Positions 14,625-22,073 of a DNA stretch of 39,644 nucleotides are shown in pieces. The stretch lies in assembly GCA_050741935.1 (NCBI GenBank), contig JBOGFE010000644.1, positions 1 through 39,644 on the forward strand. The letters run 5' to 3'. A model generated the notes under the pieces. It searched no databases. It saw only the letters and a list, made by a program, of their open reading frames with translations, and was not told the origin of the DNA. How positions within the stretch are numbered: the stretch's first letter is position 1; each line of letters begins with the position of its first letter. The stretch comes from Acidimicrobiia bacterium (lineage in GTDB: Bacteria > Actinomycetota > Acidimicrobiia > IMCC26256 > BP-133). Made by a program: the position numbers and the translations under genes.

Positions 14625-16285
14625 CCGTCGACACCGCCCCGGCCACCCTGGTCATCGACGTGTTCGACGACCCGATGACCCTCGATCCCCACAAGGCCTT
14701 CGACACCTCCTCCCGGCACCCGGTGCTCAACATCTACGACGGCCTGCTCGGGCTCGACGAGGACCGGCGACCGTATCCGGTGCTCGCCGCCGACCTGCCC
14801 GTGGCAACAGGGCGCGGCGGCACCTGGGAGGTCGCCATTCCGATCCGCGGCGGCATCCGGTTCCACGACCGGACCCCCCTCACGGTGGATGACGTCGTCT
14901 ACTCGCTGCGACGCATGGCCATCACCGCCGACGGGCCCGCCTCCCTCTGGGCCGACGCTCTCCTCGGGGCCCCCCTGACCCGCCTGTCGGAGGCGGCGGC
15001 GGCGGAGATGGCAGGGCGGATCACGGCCGGCAACGACGGCGTGCTCCTGCGCCTCCCCGCCCCCTACCGGCCGATCGACCTGCTCCTCGTCCAGTGGTCC
15101 CTGGTGGTGAGCCGGCCGTGGTGCGCAGAGCGGGGAGAGTGGGACGGCGACCTCGCCACGGTGGTGCACTTTCTCCGCCGGGGCCGGACTCCACTCGACG
15201 AGCAGGCCAACGGAACGGGGCCCTATGCCCTCCACGGGTGGGACCGCACGCGGCGGGTGCTCACGTTCCGGACGTCAGAGGCCCGTACTTCCGCCGCCCG
15301 CGGCGGCCCCGCCGCTACGGTCGTGCTGCGCTCCGTCGACGATCGGAGAGAGAGGGAACGTGAGCTGCTTGCCGGCGAATGCGACTTCTCGGTGTGCCAG
15401 CCCGAGTCGCGCCGGCGCCTCGGGCGCCTGGAGGGCATCGTGCTCGAGAAGCTGCCCGAGGAGTGGAGCATCAACCCCCTCGGCTTCATCACCCAGCGCC
15501 TCGATCCCCGCTGCGCCGCCGTCGGTTCCGGAGTCTTCGGGCCGGGAGGCCTCCCTCCGGCGGCCTTCGGCGACGTGCATCTCCGACGGATGCTCAGCCT
15601 GTGCTTCGACCACGCCGCCTACGTCGACGACGTACTCGACGGGGAGGCGCTCACCCACTCCCCACCGTTCCCGGCCGGGGCGATCCGGGGACTCGACGTG
15701 GGCCGGGGCATCTTCGACCCGGACCTGGCCCGGGCCGAATGGTCGTCAGCCTGGGACGGCCATGCGGCGAGCGCCGGTTGCCGCATCGTCATCACCACCC
15801 ATGCCGCCAACATCTCGCGGGTCCGGGCGGCCGAATACCTGGCCCGGGGGCTGCGGGCGGTGAGCGACGGCATCGAGGTGGAGATCGACGCCGTGGACTT
15901 CAACACCTTGAACGAGCGGCTCTATGCGGGGCAGTGCCCGGTGGCCTTCGTGGGCTGGGCGAGTGACTTCCTCCACCCCTTCGCCTTCGCCTCCGCGCTC
16001 CTCGATCCCCGGGCCCCCCTGCCCGCCGCCCTCGGCATCGACGACGCCGTCCTCGCCGACCTTGTCCTGCGGGCCCGTCAGGCCGAGCCCGAGGAGGAGG
16101 CGGCGGTCTACCGGCGGATGGCCGAGTACGCCGCCGACCAGGCGCTCTTCCTCGCGCCTCCGGGCAAGATCAGCTACATGACCTACGCCGACCGCTGGCA
16201 GGGCGTCCGGTTGAAGCACCACGTGCCCAACGTGCTCGACTTCGCCAGCTTCCGGGCCCGGGTCGAGGCGGAGCGCCCGGAGTGA
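14621..16285 (+). CDS. Solute-binding-protein family 5 (peptide/nickel SBP) homologue without a signal peptide or lipobox
   Basis: VTVDTAPATLVIDVFDDPMTLDPHKAFDTSSRHPVLNIYDGLLGLDEDRRPYPVLAADLP...IRFHDRTPLTVDDVVYSLRR is the typical SBP_bac_5 N-terminal pattern. GTG 14621 forms a GTGA overlap with the upstream stop. The longer ORF-track start (14144) is out-of-context R/P-rich sequence that overlaps the FGE gene. Confidence 0.75.
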   Translation: MTVDTAPATLVIDVFDDPMTLDPHKAFDTSSRHPVLNIYDGLLGLDEDRRPYPVLAADLPVATGRGGTWEVAIPIRGGIRFHDRTPLTVDDVVYSLRRMAITADGPASLWADALLGAPLTRLSEAAAAEMAGRITAGNDGVLLRLPAPYRPIDLLLVQWSLVVSRPWCAERGEWDGDLATVVHFLRRGRTPLDEQANGTGPYALHGWDRTRRVLTFRTSEARTSAARGGPAATVVLRSVDDRRERERELLAGECDFSVCQPESRRRLGRLEGIVLEKLPEEWSINPLGFITQRLDPRCAAVGSGVFGPGGLPPAAFGDVHLRRMLSLCFDHAAYVDDVLDGEALTHSPPFPAGAIRGLDVGRGIFDPDLARAEWSSAWDGHAASAGCRIVITTHAANISRVRAAEYLARGLRAVSDGIEVEIDAVDFNTLNERLYAGQCPVAFVGWASDFLHPFAFASALLDPRAPLPAALGIDDAVLADLVLRARQAEPEEEAAVYRRMAEYAADQALFLAPPGKISYMTYADRWQGVRLKHHVPNVLDFASFRARVEAERPE

Positions 16286-17550
16286 AGCTCACCGGCGCCT
16301 ACCGGGACGTCCTGCGCCGGCCGCTCTTCCGTCGCTACTTCGCCGGGGAGGGGATCTCCAGCGTCGGCGATGCGATGAGCGAGGTCACGATCGTCGTGCT
16401 CGCCCTCGAACTCGGCACCGGCTCCAATCGGGCGATGGCCGTGGCACTGGCCAGCGCCGCCTACCTGCTGCCCGGCATCGTGACCGGAGCGGCTGTCGGG
16501 CGCCGCCTGGGAGCCGTAAGCCCCCGCACCCTCTTGATCATCGACAATGCCTGGCGGGGCGGATGCCTCGGTCTGGCGGCGGTGTTGACCACGACAGACG
16601 CCATCGGGCTCGGCGGCTACGTCGCCCTGCTGGCGCTCGCCTCCCTGACCCGTCCCCTGGGCGCCGGCGGCTCCCGGACGATCGTCGTCGATCTCGTCGA
16701 CGAGGACGACCTCTTCGCCGCCAACTCGCTGGTCAACACCATCGTTCAGGCCGCCGTGATGTTGGGGCCGGCGGTGGCGGGTGTGCTGGCGGCGGTAATC
16801 GGCCCGGGCCCGGTCCTGGCCATCGACGCCACCACCTTCCTCCTCTTCGTCGCCGCCCTGCTTTCCATCCCGGCGGCGACCATCCCGCCCCGGGAGGTGG
16901 CCGACAGCAGGGTGGGTTCGGCCGCTCTTCCGGCGGCACGGCGCTGGCGGTGGGCCGGCTGGCTGGGCAGCTACCGCACCGTGGCCGGCCTGTTCCTCCT
17001 CACCGGGATCTTCCACGCCCTGTACGGGCCGTTCGTGGTCAGCCTGCCGCTGCTCGTCCAGGAGCGGGCCGGGGCCCTGGCCCCGGCGGCGGCGCTGGGG
17101 CTGCTCTGGTCGGCCTTCGGGGTGGGCGCCGTGCTGGGCGGGCTCGCCGGTGGCAGCCGGGCCTCGCTGGCCTCTCCCCGATCGGCGGCGCTCATCGTCG
17201 CCGGCTGGGGAGCAGCCACGGTGGCCGTCGGACTGCCCGCCCACCTGGCCGTGGCCGGGGCGGCCATGTTCGCCGGCGGTGCCGTCTACGGCCCCTACAT
17301 CGCCATCGTGAGCACCGTGATGCAACAGCACCTGCCGCCACACCGCCTGGCGGAGGCCAGCGCCTACTACCACTCGGTCACCGGGGTCGTCGGGCCGCTG
17401 GGAACGCTCGCCGGCGGAGTCGTCGTCGCCGGCCTCGGCCCCTCCCCGAGCCTGTTCGCCGCCGGCGGGCTCCTGATCGGCTTCGGACTCGCCGCCGCCG
17501 CCCGCCTGGGCACCGCGTCCACGCCGGCGACCCCGGGCGTGCCCGCATGA
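16282..17550 (+). CDS. MFS transporter (MFS_3/EntS-like), exporter candidate 1
   Basis: About 12 hydrophobic segments. N-terminus: MKLTGAYRDVLRRPLFRRYFAGEGISSVGDAM. There is a GTGA overlap with the upstream gene. Confidence 0.85.
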   Translation: MKLTGAYRDVLRRPLFRRYFAGEGISSVGDAMSEVTIVVLALELGTGSNRAMAVALASAAYLLPGIVTGAAVGRRLGAVSPRTLLIIDNAWRGGCLGLAAVLTTTDAIGLGGYVALLALASLTRPLGAGGSRTIVVDLVDEDDLFAANSLVNTIVQAAVMLGPAVAGVLAAVIGPGPVLAIDATTFLLFVAALLSIPAATIPPREVADSRVGSAALPAARRWRWAGWLGSYRTVAGLFLLTGIFHALYGPFVVSLPLLVQERAGALAPAAALGLLWSAFGVGAVLGGLAGGSRASLASPRSAALIVAGWGAATVAVGLPAHLAVAGAAMFAGGAVYGPYIAIVSTVMQQHLPPHRLAEASAYYHSVTGVVGPLGTLAGGVVVAGLGPSPSLFAAGGLLIGFGLAAAARLGTASTPATPGVPA

Positions 17551-18485
17551 CGGGCCGGGGCGCCATGACCGAGCCCTGGTACGGCGACGTGATCCGCCCC
17601 GCCGGCGTCTCGATGGCCGACGACCTGGCCGGGGCCGCCCCGCTAGCGGTCGCCCGTCACCTCCCGCAGGACGAGGCGACGACCGTCGACGAGCGGTACC
17701 ACGACGACGAGGCCGGCATCTACGAGTCCTACTGCCGGGTCCCCCGTGTCGCCGCGGCCGAGGGTTGGATCCTGCCCTGGATCCGGCGCCGTACGCCGGT
17801 GGGGGTCACCGTGGACCTGGGCTGCGGCACCGGGCGGGTGGCCAAGGCATTGGCCGGCCCTCCGGCCCGCCACGTCATCGCCGTCGACCGGTCCTCGGGG
17901 ATGCTGGCGGTGGCGCGCCACCAGGTGCCGTCATCGGGCGTGCTCCTGCTGCGGGCCGACGCCCGGGCCCTGCCCCTCCATGACCAGTCGGTGGACTCCG
18001 TGGTCTGCTCCGGTGTCCTCCACCACATGGCGACCTGGCCCGACGCGCTGCGCGAGGCGGCCCGGATCCTCCGCCCGGGAGGGCGCCTCATCGTGCGCGA
18101 ACCCAACGCCGCTTATCCCGCCTGGCTGTTCGCCCCGGTGGAAGAGGCAATGGACCGCCTCGCCCGCCGGCGCCCCCGGCGAACGCAGGACGGCCCGGGA
18201 GCGGCGACAACGGCCCCGCAGCTGTCGCCGGTGGAACAGCCCATCAGCCTCCCGGCACTGGTGAGCGCGGCCGAGGGGGCCGGGTTCCGCCTGGCCGAGG
18301 CCGGGTCGGCGATGCTGCTGGGCTCACTCGGCCTCCCTGACGCCATCCCCGCCCAGCAGCTCTATTTCCGGCCCGCCAACGTGATCGACCGCCTGGCGCT
18401 CCGCCACCTCCGTCCACCTCTGGGCGCCCTGCTCCTGGCTGTCTTCACCGCAGAAGCCGCACTCAGTCCCGCTCCGCCTTCGTAG
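17547..18485 (+). CDS. Class I SAM-dependent methyltransferase
   Basis: Motif I is VTVDLGCGTGRVAKAL; DRSSGMLAVAR, VCSGVLHHM and LRPGGRLIV follow. ATG 17547 forms an ATGA overlap with the MFS stop. Confidence 0.9.
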   Translation: MTGRGAMTEPWYGDVIRPAGVSMADDLAGAAPLAVARHLPQDEATTVDERYHDDEAGIYESYCRVPRVAAAEGWILPWIRRRTPVGVTVDLGCGTGRVAKALAGPPARHVIAVDRSSGMLAVARHQVPSSGVLLLRADARALPLHDQSVDSVVCSGVLHHMATWPDALREAARILRPGGRLIVREPNAAYPAWLFAPVEEAMDRLARRRPRRTQDGPGAATTAPQLSPVEQPISLPALVSAAEGAGFRLAEAGSAMLLGSLGLPDAIPAQQLYFRPANVIDRLALRHLRPPLGALLLAVFTAEAALSPAPPS

Positions 18486-18496
18486 CCCGGCCGAAT

Positions 18497-18514
18497 TGAG
18501 TGGTCGGCCACTCA
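18497..18514. promoter_or_regulatory. Palindrome TGAGTGGTCGGCCACTCA followed by TGAC (candidate operator, copy 2)
   Basis: The 7-bp arms TGAGTGG/CCACTCA are identical to copy 1, with the same 4-nt spacing and the same 3' TGAC. It lies 12 nt after the methyltransferase stop and 83 nt upstream of small ORF 18597. Confidence 0.45.
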
Positions 18515-18596
18515 TGACGGGACCCGGCCGCATCCGCATCCTGGAAGCAGCAGCCGGGTGACTGGGACGGGCCGCGTCGAGAGGGGAGGTGGAACC

Positions 18597-18761
18597 ATGG
18601 AGAACGGGACAGAAGCGCGTACAGCCGACGAGATCGGCGAGCTCCTCGACGAGATCGGGATGGAGTTCGCCCTGCACACGCATCATCCGCTGACGCACCT
18701 CGAGCTGGGTGACGCTGCACCCGACGCCATCAAGCAGCGGGCAGCCTGCTCGGCCTGGTGA
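18597..18761 (+). CDS. 54-aa small ORF, candidate RiPP precursor peptide: MENGTEARTADEIGELLDEIGMEFALHTHHPLTHLELGDAAPDAIKQRAACSAW
   Basis: ATG 18597 lies 7 nt after GGAGG (18585-18589). It sits alone in the only sizeable intergenic gaps of the cluster (18486-18596 and 18762-18849). The N-terminal half is acidic and helix-like, as a leader would be. The C-terminal half is His-rich and ends Cys-Ser-Ala-Trp. Confidence 0.5.
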   Translation: MENGTEARTADEIGELLDEIGMEFALHTHHPLTHLELGDAAPDAIKQRAACSAW

Positions 18762-18849
18762 CGGTAGAGCGCCGCTAGCAGGCGCATGTAACGAGCTGAA
18801 GCCACCGGCGGCCCGTCCCCACCAGGCCCAATCACCGCGGGAGCGAGAA

Positions 18850-19545
18850 ATGCAGGCAATGCGAGTCGATATCGGAAGGCAGGACGCCGGGTACGGCTAC
18901 GTCCTCGCCGTGGCCATGCGTCAACTGCTGAGAGACATTCCCCCTGAGCTGGCCTCGGCGCCCGTCCTCGTCGGGCAGGTGGCGTCGACCCCGGTTCCCC
19001 GCGTGTACGCCAACCGCACCCGACATGCACCGCTCTTCGTGTTCGACCCCCGGGACGAGCACGTCGAGGCCCAACGGGAGATGCTCTCCGCCGGGCGCCC
19101 GGTGCGCCTCCTCCAGTGCGACGTCACGGATCTGCCCGGGGAGGTCGACGACCTGGCCTGTGTCGTCAATCCCTTCGGGCTCCAGGAGTTCCCTGACCGC
19201 GTCATCGAGTACGGCACCGAAGTCCGCCGGCGCGTCCGAACCGCGGGCTTCCTCCAGACCCTCGACTGGGGCCTCACCGGCTATCCCGACGATCTCCGCC
19301 ACCTGCCCGGCATCCGGGACGAGATCGCCTTCTCCCTGGCCACCCAGTTGAGGCCCTTCGGAGCCGAGGAGGGCTGGAGCCTGTATCGGGAGGTCGCCTA
19401 CGACTTCCACTTCGAACACGATGCCGACCAGGTGGCCGCCATCCTGGTCGCCGACAAGGCGGCGGCCTTCCGCCAGGCCGTGGTCGCCGGCCGCCACATC
19501 CCCATCAGCTCCTCCATCATCTACCGGCTCTACCGTGCTGCTTGA
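18850..19545 (+). CDS. Methyltransferase-fold-like protein with a degenerate SAM motif I
   Basis: VLVGQVASTP sits where VLDLGCGTG is expected. It is followed by FDPRDEHVE, LLQCDVTDLPGEVDDLACVVNPFGLQEF, which resembles the Methyltransf_11 layout. ATG 18850 follows GGGAGCGAG. Confidence 0.5.
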   Translation: MQAMRVDIGRQDAGYGYVLAVAMRQLLRDIPPELASAPVLVGQVASTPVPRVYANRTRHAPLFVFDPRDEHVEAQREMLSAGRPVRLLQCDVTDLPGEVDDLACVVNPFGLQEFPDRVIEYGTEVRRRVRTAGFLQTLDWGLTGYPDDLRHLPGIRDEIAFSLATQLRPFGAEEGWSLYREVAYDFHFEHDADQVAAILVADKAAAFRQAVVAGRHIPISSSIIYRLYRAA

Positions 19546-20404
19546 GTCCGCCGTCAGGCCGGATCGGCCGGTGGTCACCGCCCACCCGGCGGGCTCGGCC
19601 GGCATCGGCGTCGTGCTGCCGCACTCGTCGCGCTGGGAGACGGGGGCCACGCTGGCCGGAACCGGGCGCTTCGTCGACGACGTGGGCTACCGGTCGGTCT
19701 GGCTGCGGGACTGGCCGATCGGCGTCCGCAACAGCGTGTACCCGCTGGACACGGGCACCGGGCACGATCCCGTGGCCTACGCCTCGATCCTCCGGACCCT
19801 CCTGCCGCCGGAGGTGACCGTGGGCCTGGCCGTCCTGCGCCTCGACTACCGCGAGCCGGCCGTCACCGCCCGCAGCATCGTCTCGATGGCCTCGCTGGCC
19901 CGCGGACCCATGATCGTGGGCCTGGGCGGGGCGTCGAGCAACGACCCCACGGCCCAGGAAGAGACCGTGCGCACCTATCGCCGCGTGCGCGCCCTCCTCT
20001 CCTCCGCCGACCACGACTTCGTCGTCCCCGACGACTTCGTCTGCCCGCCCCTGTACCTCGCCAGTCGATCCGTGGCCACCTGGGAGGGGATCGGGTTCGA
20101 GGCGGAGGGTGTCCTCACCACCGAGGTGCATCCCCGCCGGCTGGAGGAGTCGTTGGCCCCCCTGCGCCGGCACCGACCCGGCCTTTCCGTCGGCCTCGAG
20201 TTCCTGGTGGAGCTCGACCGGGCCGATCCCGAACGGATGGTTCGACAGGGCCGGACGCTGATCGTGGGCCGCCGGCGAATCGGGCAGCTGGCCCGAGCCT
20301 GGTCCGACGCCGGTGTGCAGCACCTCCTCGTCCACATGGCCCCGGCGTCGAGCCGTGACGAGCACCTGGACCTGGTCGACGCCATCTCCGGGAGGCAGTC
20401 ATGA
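19535..20404 (+). CDS. Luciferase-like (LLM-class) flavin/F420-dependent oxidoreductase-like protein
   Basis: GIGVVLPHSS...TLAGTGRFVDDVGYRSVWLRDWP... resembles the LLM N-terminal beta-alpha pattern. The GTG start at 19535 is inferred (11-nt overlap with the upstream gene). The family call is moderate. Confidence 0.55.
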   Translation: MLLESAVRPDRPVVTAHPAGSAGIGVVLPHSSRWETGATLAGTGRFVDDVGYRSVWLRDWPIGVRNSVYPLDTGTGHDPVAYASILRTLLPPEVTVGLAVLRLDYREPAVTARSIVSMASLARGPMIVGLGGASSNDPTAQEETVRTYRRVRALLSSADHDFVVPDDFVCPPLYLASRSVATWEGIGFEAEGVLTTEVHPRRLEESLAPLRRHRPGLSVGLEFLVELDRADPERMVRQGRTLIVGRRRIGQLARAWSDAGVQHLLVHMAPASSRDEHLDLVDAISGRQS

Positions 20405-21345
20405 GCAACGAGATCATCGAGGCGTTCCTGGGCGACTCCCGAGAGTTCCTGGACACGACGTACGAGCGGCGGCCACTCATCAGATCCGTCCGCCACCTGG
20501 AAGCCGTGGCGCGGATCATCAGCCTGGAGATGGTCGACGAGCTCATCACCGGTCGCTGGCTCACCAGGCCGACGGCCCGGGTGGTGAGCAAGGGCCGGGG
20601 GCTGCCGGTCGAGGCCTACACCGACGTGCTGGACGACGGCACCCGCCTGGTCAACCCGGCGCTGGTACTCGAGCATCTGAAGAAGGGTGCCTCCTTCGTC
20701 CTCAACCAGGTCGAGCGCCACGTCAGGGCCGTGCATGACGTGTGCGCCGTGCTCGAGGACTACTTCACGGCACCGGTCAACGCCACCCTGTTCGTCACCG
20801 CGCCCGACAGCGCCGGGCTCCGGGCCCACTTCGACGGCCAGCACCTGTTCGTGCTGCAGGTCGGCGGCCTCAAGGAATGGTGCCTGTGGGAGCCTCCCCA
20901 CCCCGACCCGGCGGACTCACGGGTGGTCCCCGAAGACAGCCTCGGGGAGCCGCTCCTGCAGTTCGCCCTCGAGCCGGGAGACCTCCTCTACCTCCCGAGG
21001 GGTTATGTCCATCGCGCCCACACGACATCGATGTTCTCGGCCCATATCACCTTCCTCGTCGAACGGGTCACGTGGCAGGACGCCATCGTGGCCGAGTGCC
21101 GCCGGCTGCTCGACCGGCCCGAGTTCCGCGCCAGCCTCCCGCCCGGTTACGCCGTCGACCCCCCCGACTCCGACCGGCTCGACCTCCTGCAGTCCGCGGC
21201 GCGCCAGGCCCTCCTGACACTCGACGTGGCTGCCGCGCTCGAGCGCTCGGCCGACAACGAGTACTGGAAGCGCCCCATGTCCCCCCGAGGAGCGTTCCTC
21301 AACTGGATCGGGGCCGTTCACGACGACGCGCCGTACCCGTGTTGA
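20401..21345 (+). CDS. JmjC / cupin-4 (ribosomal-oxygenase-like) Fe(II)/2-oxoglutarate oxygenase
   Basis: LRAHFDGQHLFVLQVGGLKEWCLW provides the HxD; GDLLYLPRGYVHRAHT provides the distal His. There is an ATGA overlap with the upstream stop. Confidence 0.8.
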   Translation: MSNEIIEAFLGDSREFLDTTYERRPLIRSVRHLEAVARIISLEMVDELITGRWLTRPTARVVSKGRGLPVEAYTDVLDDGTRLVNPALVLEHLKKGASFVLNQVERHVRAVHDVCAVLEDYFTAPVNATLFVTAPDSAGLRAHFDGQHLFVLQVGGLKEWCLWEPPHPDPADSRVVPEDSLGEPLLQFALEPGDLLYLPRGYVHRAHTTSMFSAHITFLVERVTWQDAIVAECRRLLDRPEFRASLPPGYAVDPPDSDRLDLLQSAARQALLTLDVAAALERSADNEYWKRPMSPRGAFLNWIGAVHDDAPYPC

Positions 21346-22073
21346 ACGCCGATGAGGTGCGGGTCTACGAGCGGGGGGCGCGGGCGGGCCCGAAGCGGAC
21401 GGGCTGCGCCGGGACCACCACGTCGGTCCCGGGGCGGCGCCTGGAGGGGCGCGGACCGGGAATCGCGCTCGAGGCCCCGACGGCGCGCGACGGGGGGAAC
21501 GCCCTCCTGCACGCCCGCCGGAGCAGCCGGAACCTGTGGCACCCCCTCCACCTCGGCGTGCTGAGCGAGGTCCTGCACTGCGCCCTGGCTCCTCGCCGGG
21601 ACGGCGGCCGCCCGTACCCCACCAGCGGCGGCTGCGACGAGCTGCGCTTCCTCCTGCTGTGCCAGCGGGTCGTCCCGATGCCACCGGGGTGGTACTGGCT
21701 CACTCCCGACGTCAGCCGGTTGGTTCCCGCCGACCTGCGGGGCGGCCAGGACGTACTGGCCAAGGTCTCCACGTTCCTCGGGCTCGACCCCGAGCGCGCC
21801 CCTTCGGTGGTGATGCTCGCCTTCTGCGACTGGGAGACGCTCTCCAGCCGCTACGAGCACTGCACACTGCTCAGCGGCCTGTGGGACTGGGGCGCGGCGC
21901 TCCAGACGCTCTACCTGAGTGCCTGTGCCACCGGGACCCCGGCGTGCGCGGTTGCCGCCCTCATGCCCCGGACGCTCGCCCTCCATCTGGGGGTGGACTG
22001 CCGGGCCTTCGGACACGTCGGCACCTTCGCGCTCGGCGGCCCCCCGCCGGTCGGCAGGGACGCCTCCGCATGA
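21339..22073 (+). CDS. SagB-type (nitroreductase-fold, FMN) azoline dehydrogenase
   Basis: LLHARRSSRNLW...RRDGGRPYPTSGGCDELRFLLLCQRV...PGWYWLTP...HCTLLSGLWDWGAALQTLYLSACATG matches the SagB/ThcOx pattern. The start is uncertain: GTG 21339, TTG 21342 or GTG 21357. Confidence 0.8.
   Translation: MLNADEVRVYERGARAGPKRTGCAGTTTSVPGRRLEGRGPGIALEAPTARDGGNALLHARRSSRNLWHPLHLGVLSEVLHCALAPRRDGGRPYPTSGGCDELRFLLLCQRVVPMPPGWYWLTPDVSRLVPADLRGGQDVLAKVSTFLGLDPERAPSVVMLAFCDWETLSSRYEHCTLLSGLWDWGAALQTLYLSACATGTPACAVAALMPRTLALHLGVDCRAFGHVGTFALGGPPPVGRDASA

Noticed and set aside
18558-18596. Longer version of the precursor-like ORF starting at GTG 18558 (MTGTGRVERGGGT...)
   Set aside because: No SD lies upstream of 18558, and the extension itself contains the GGGGAGGTGG ribosome-binding sequence that serves ATG 18597.
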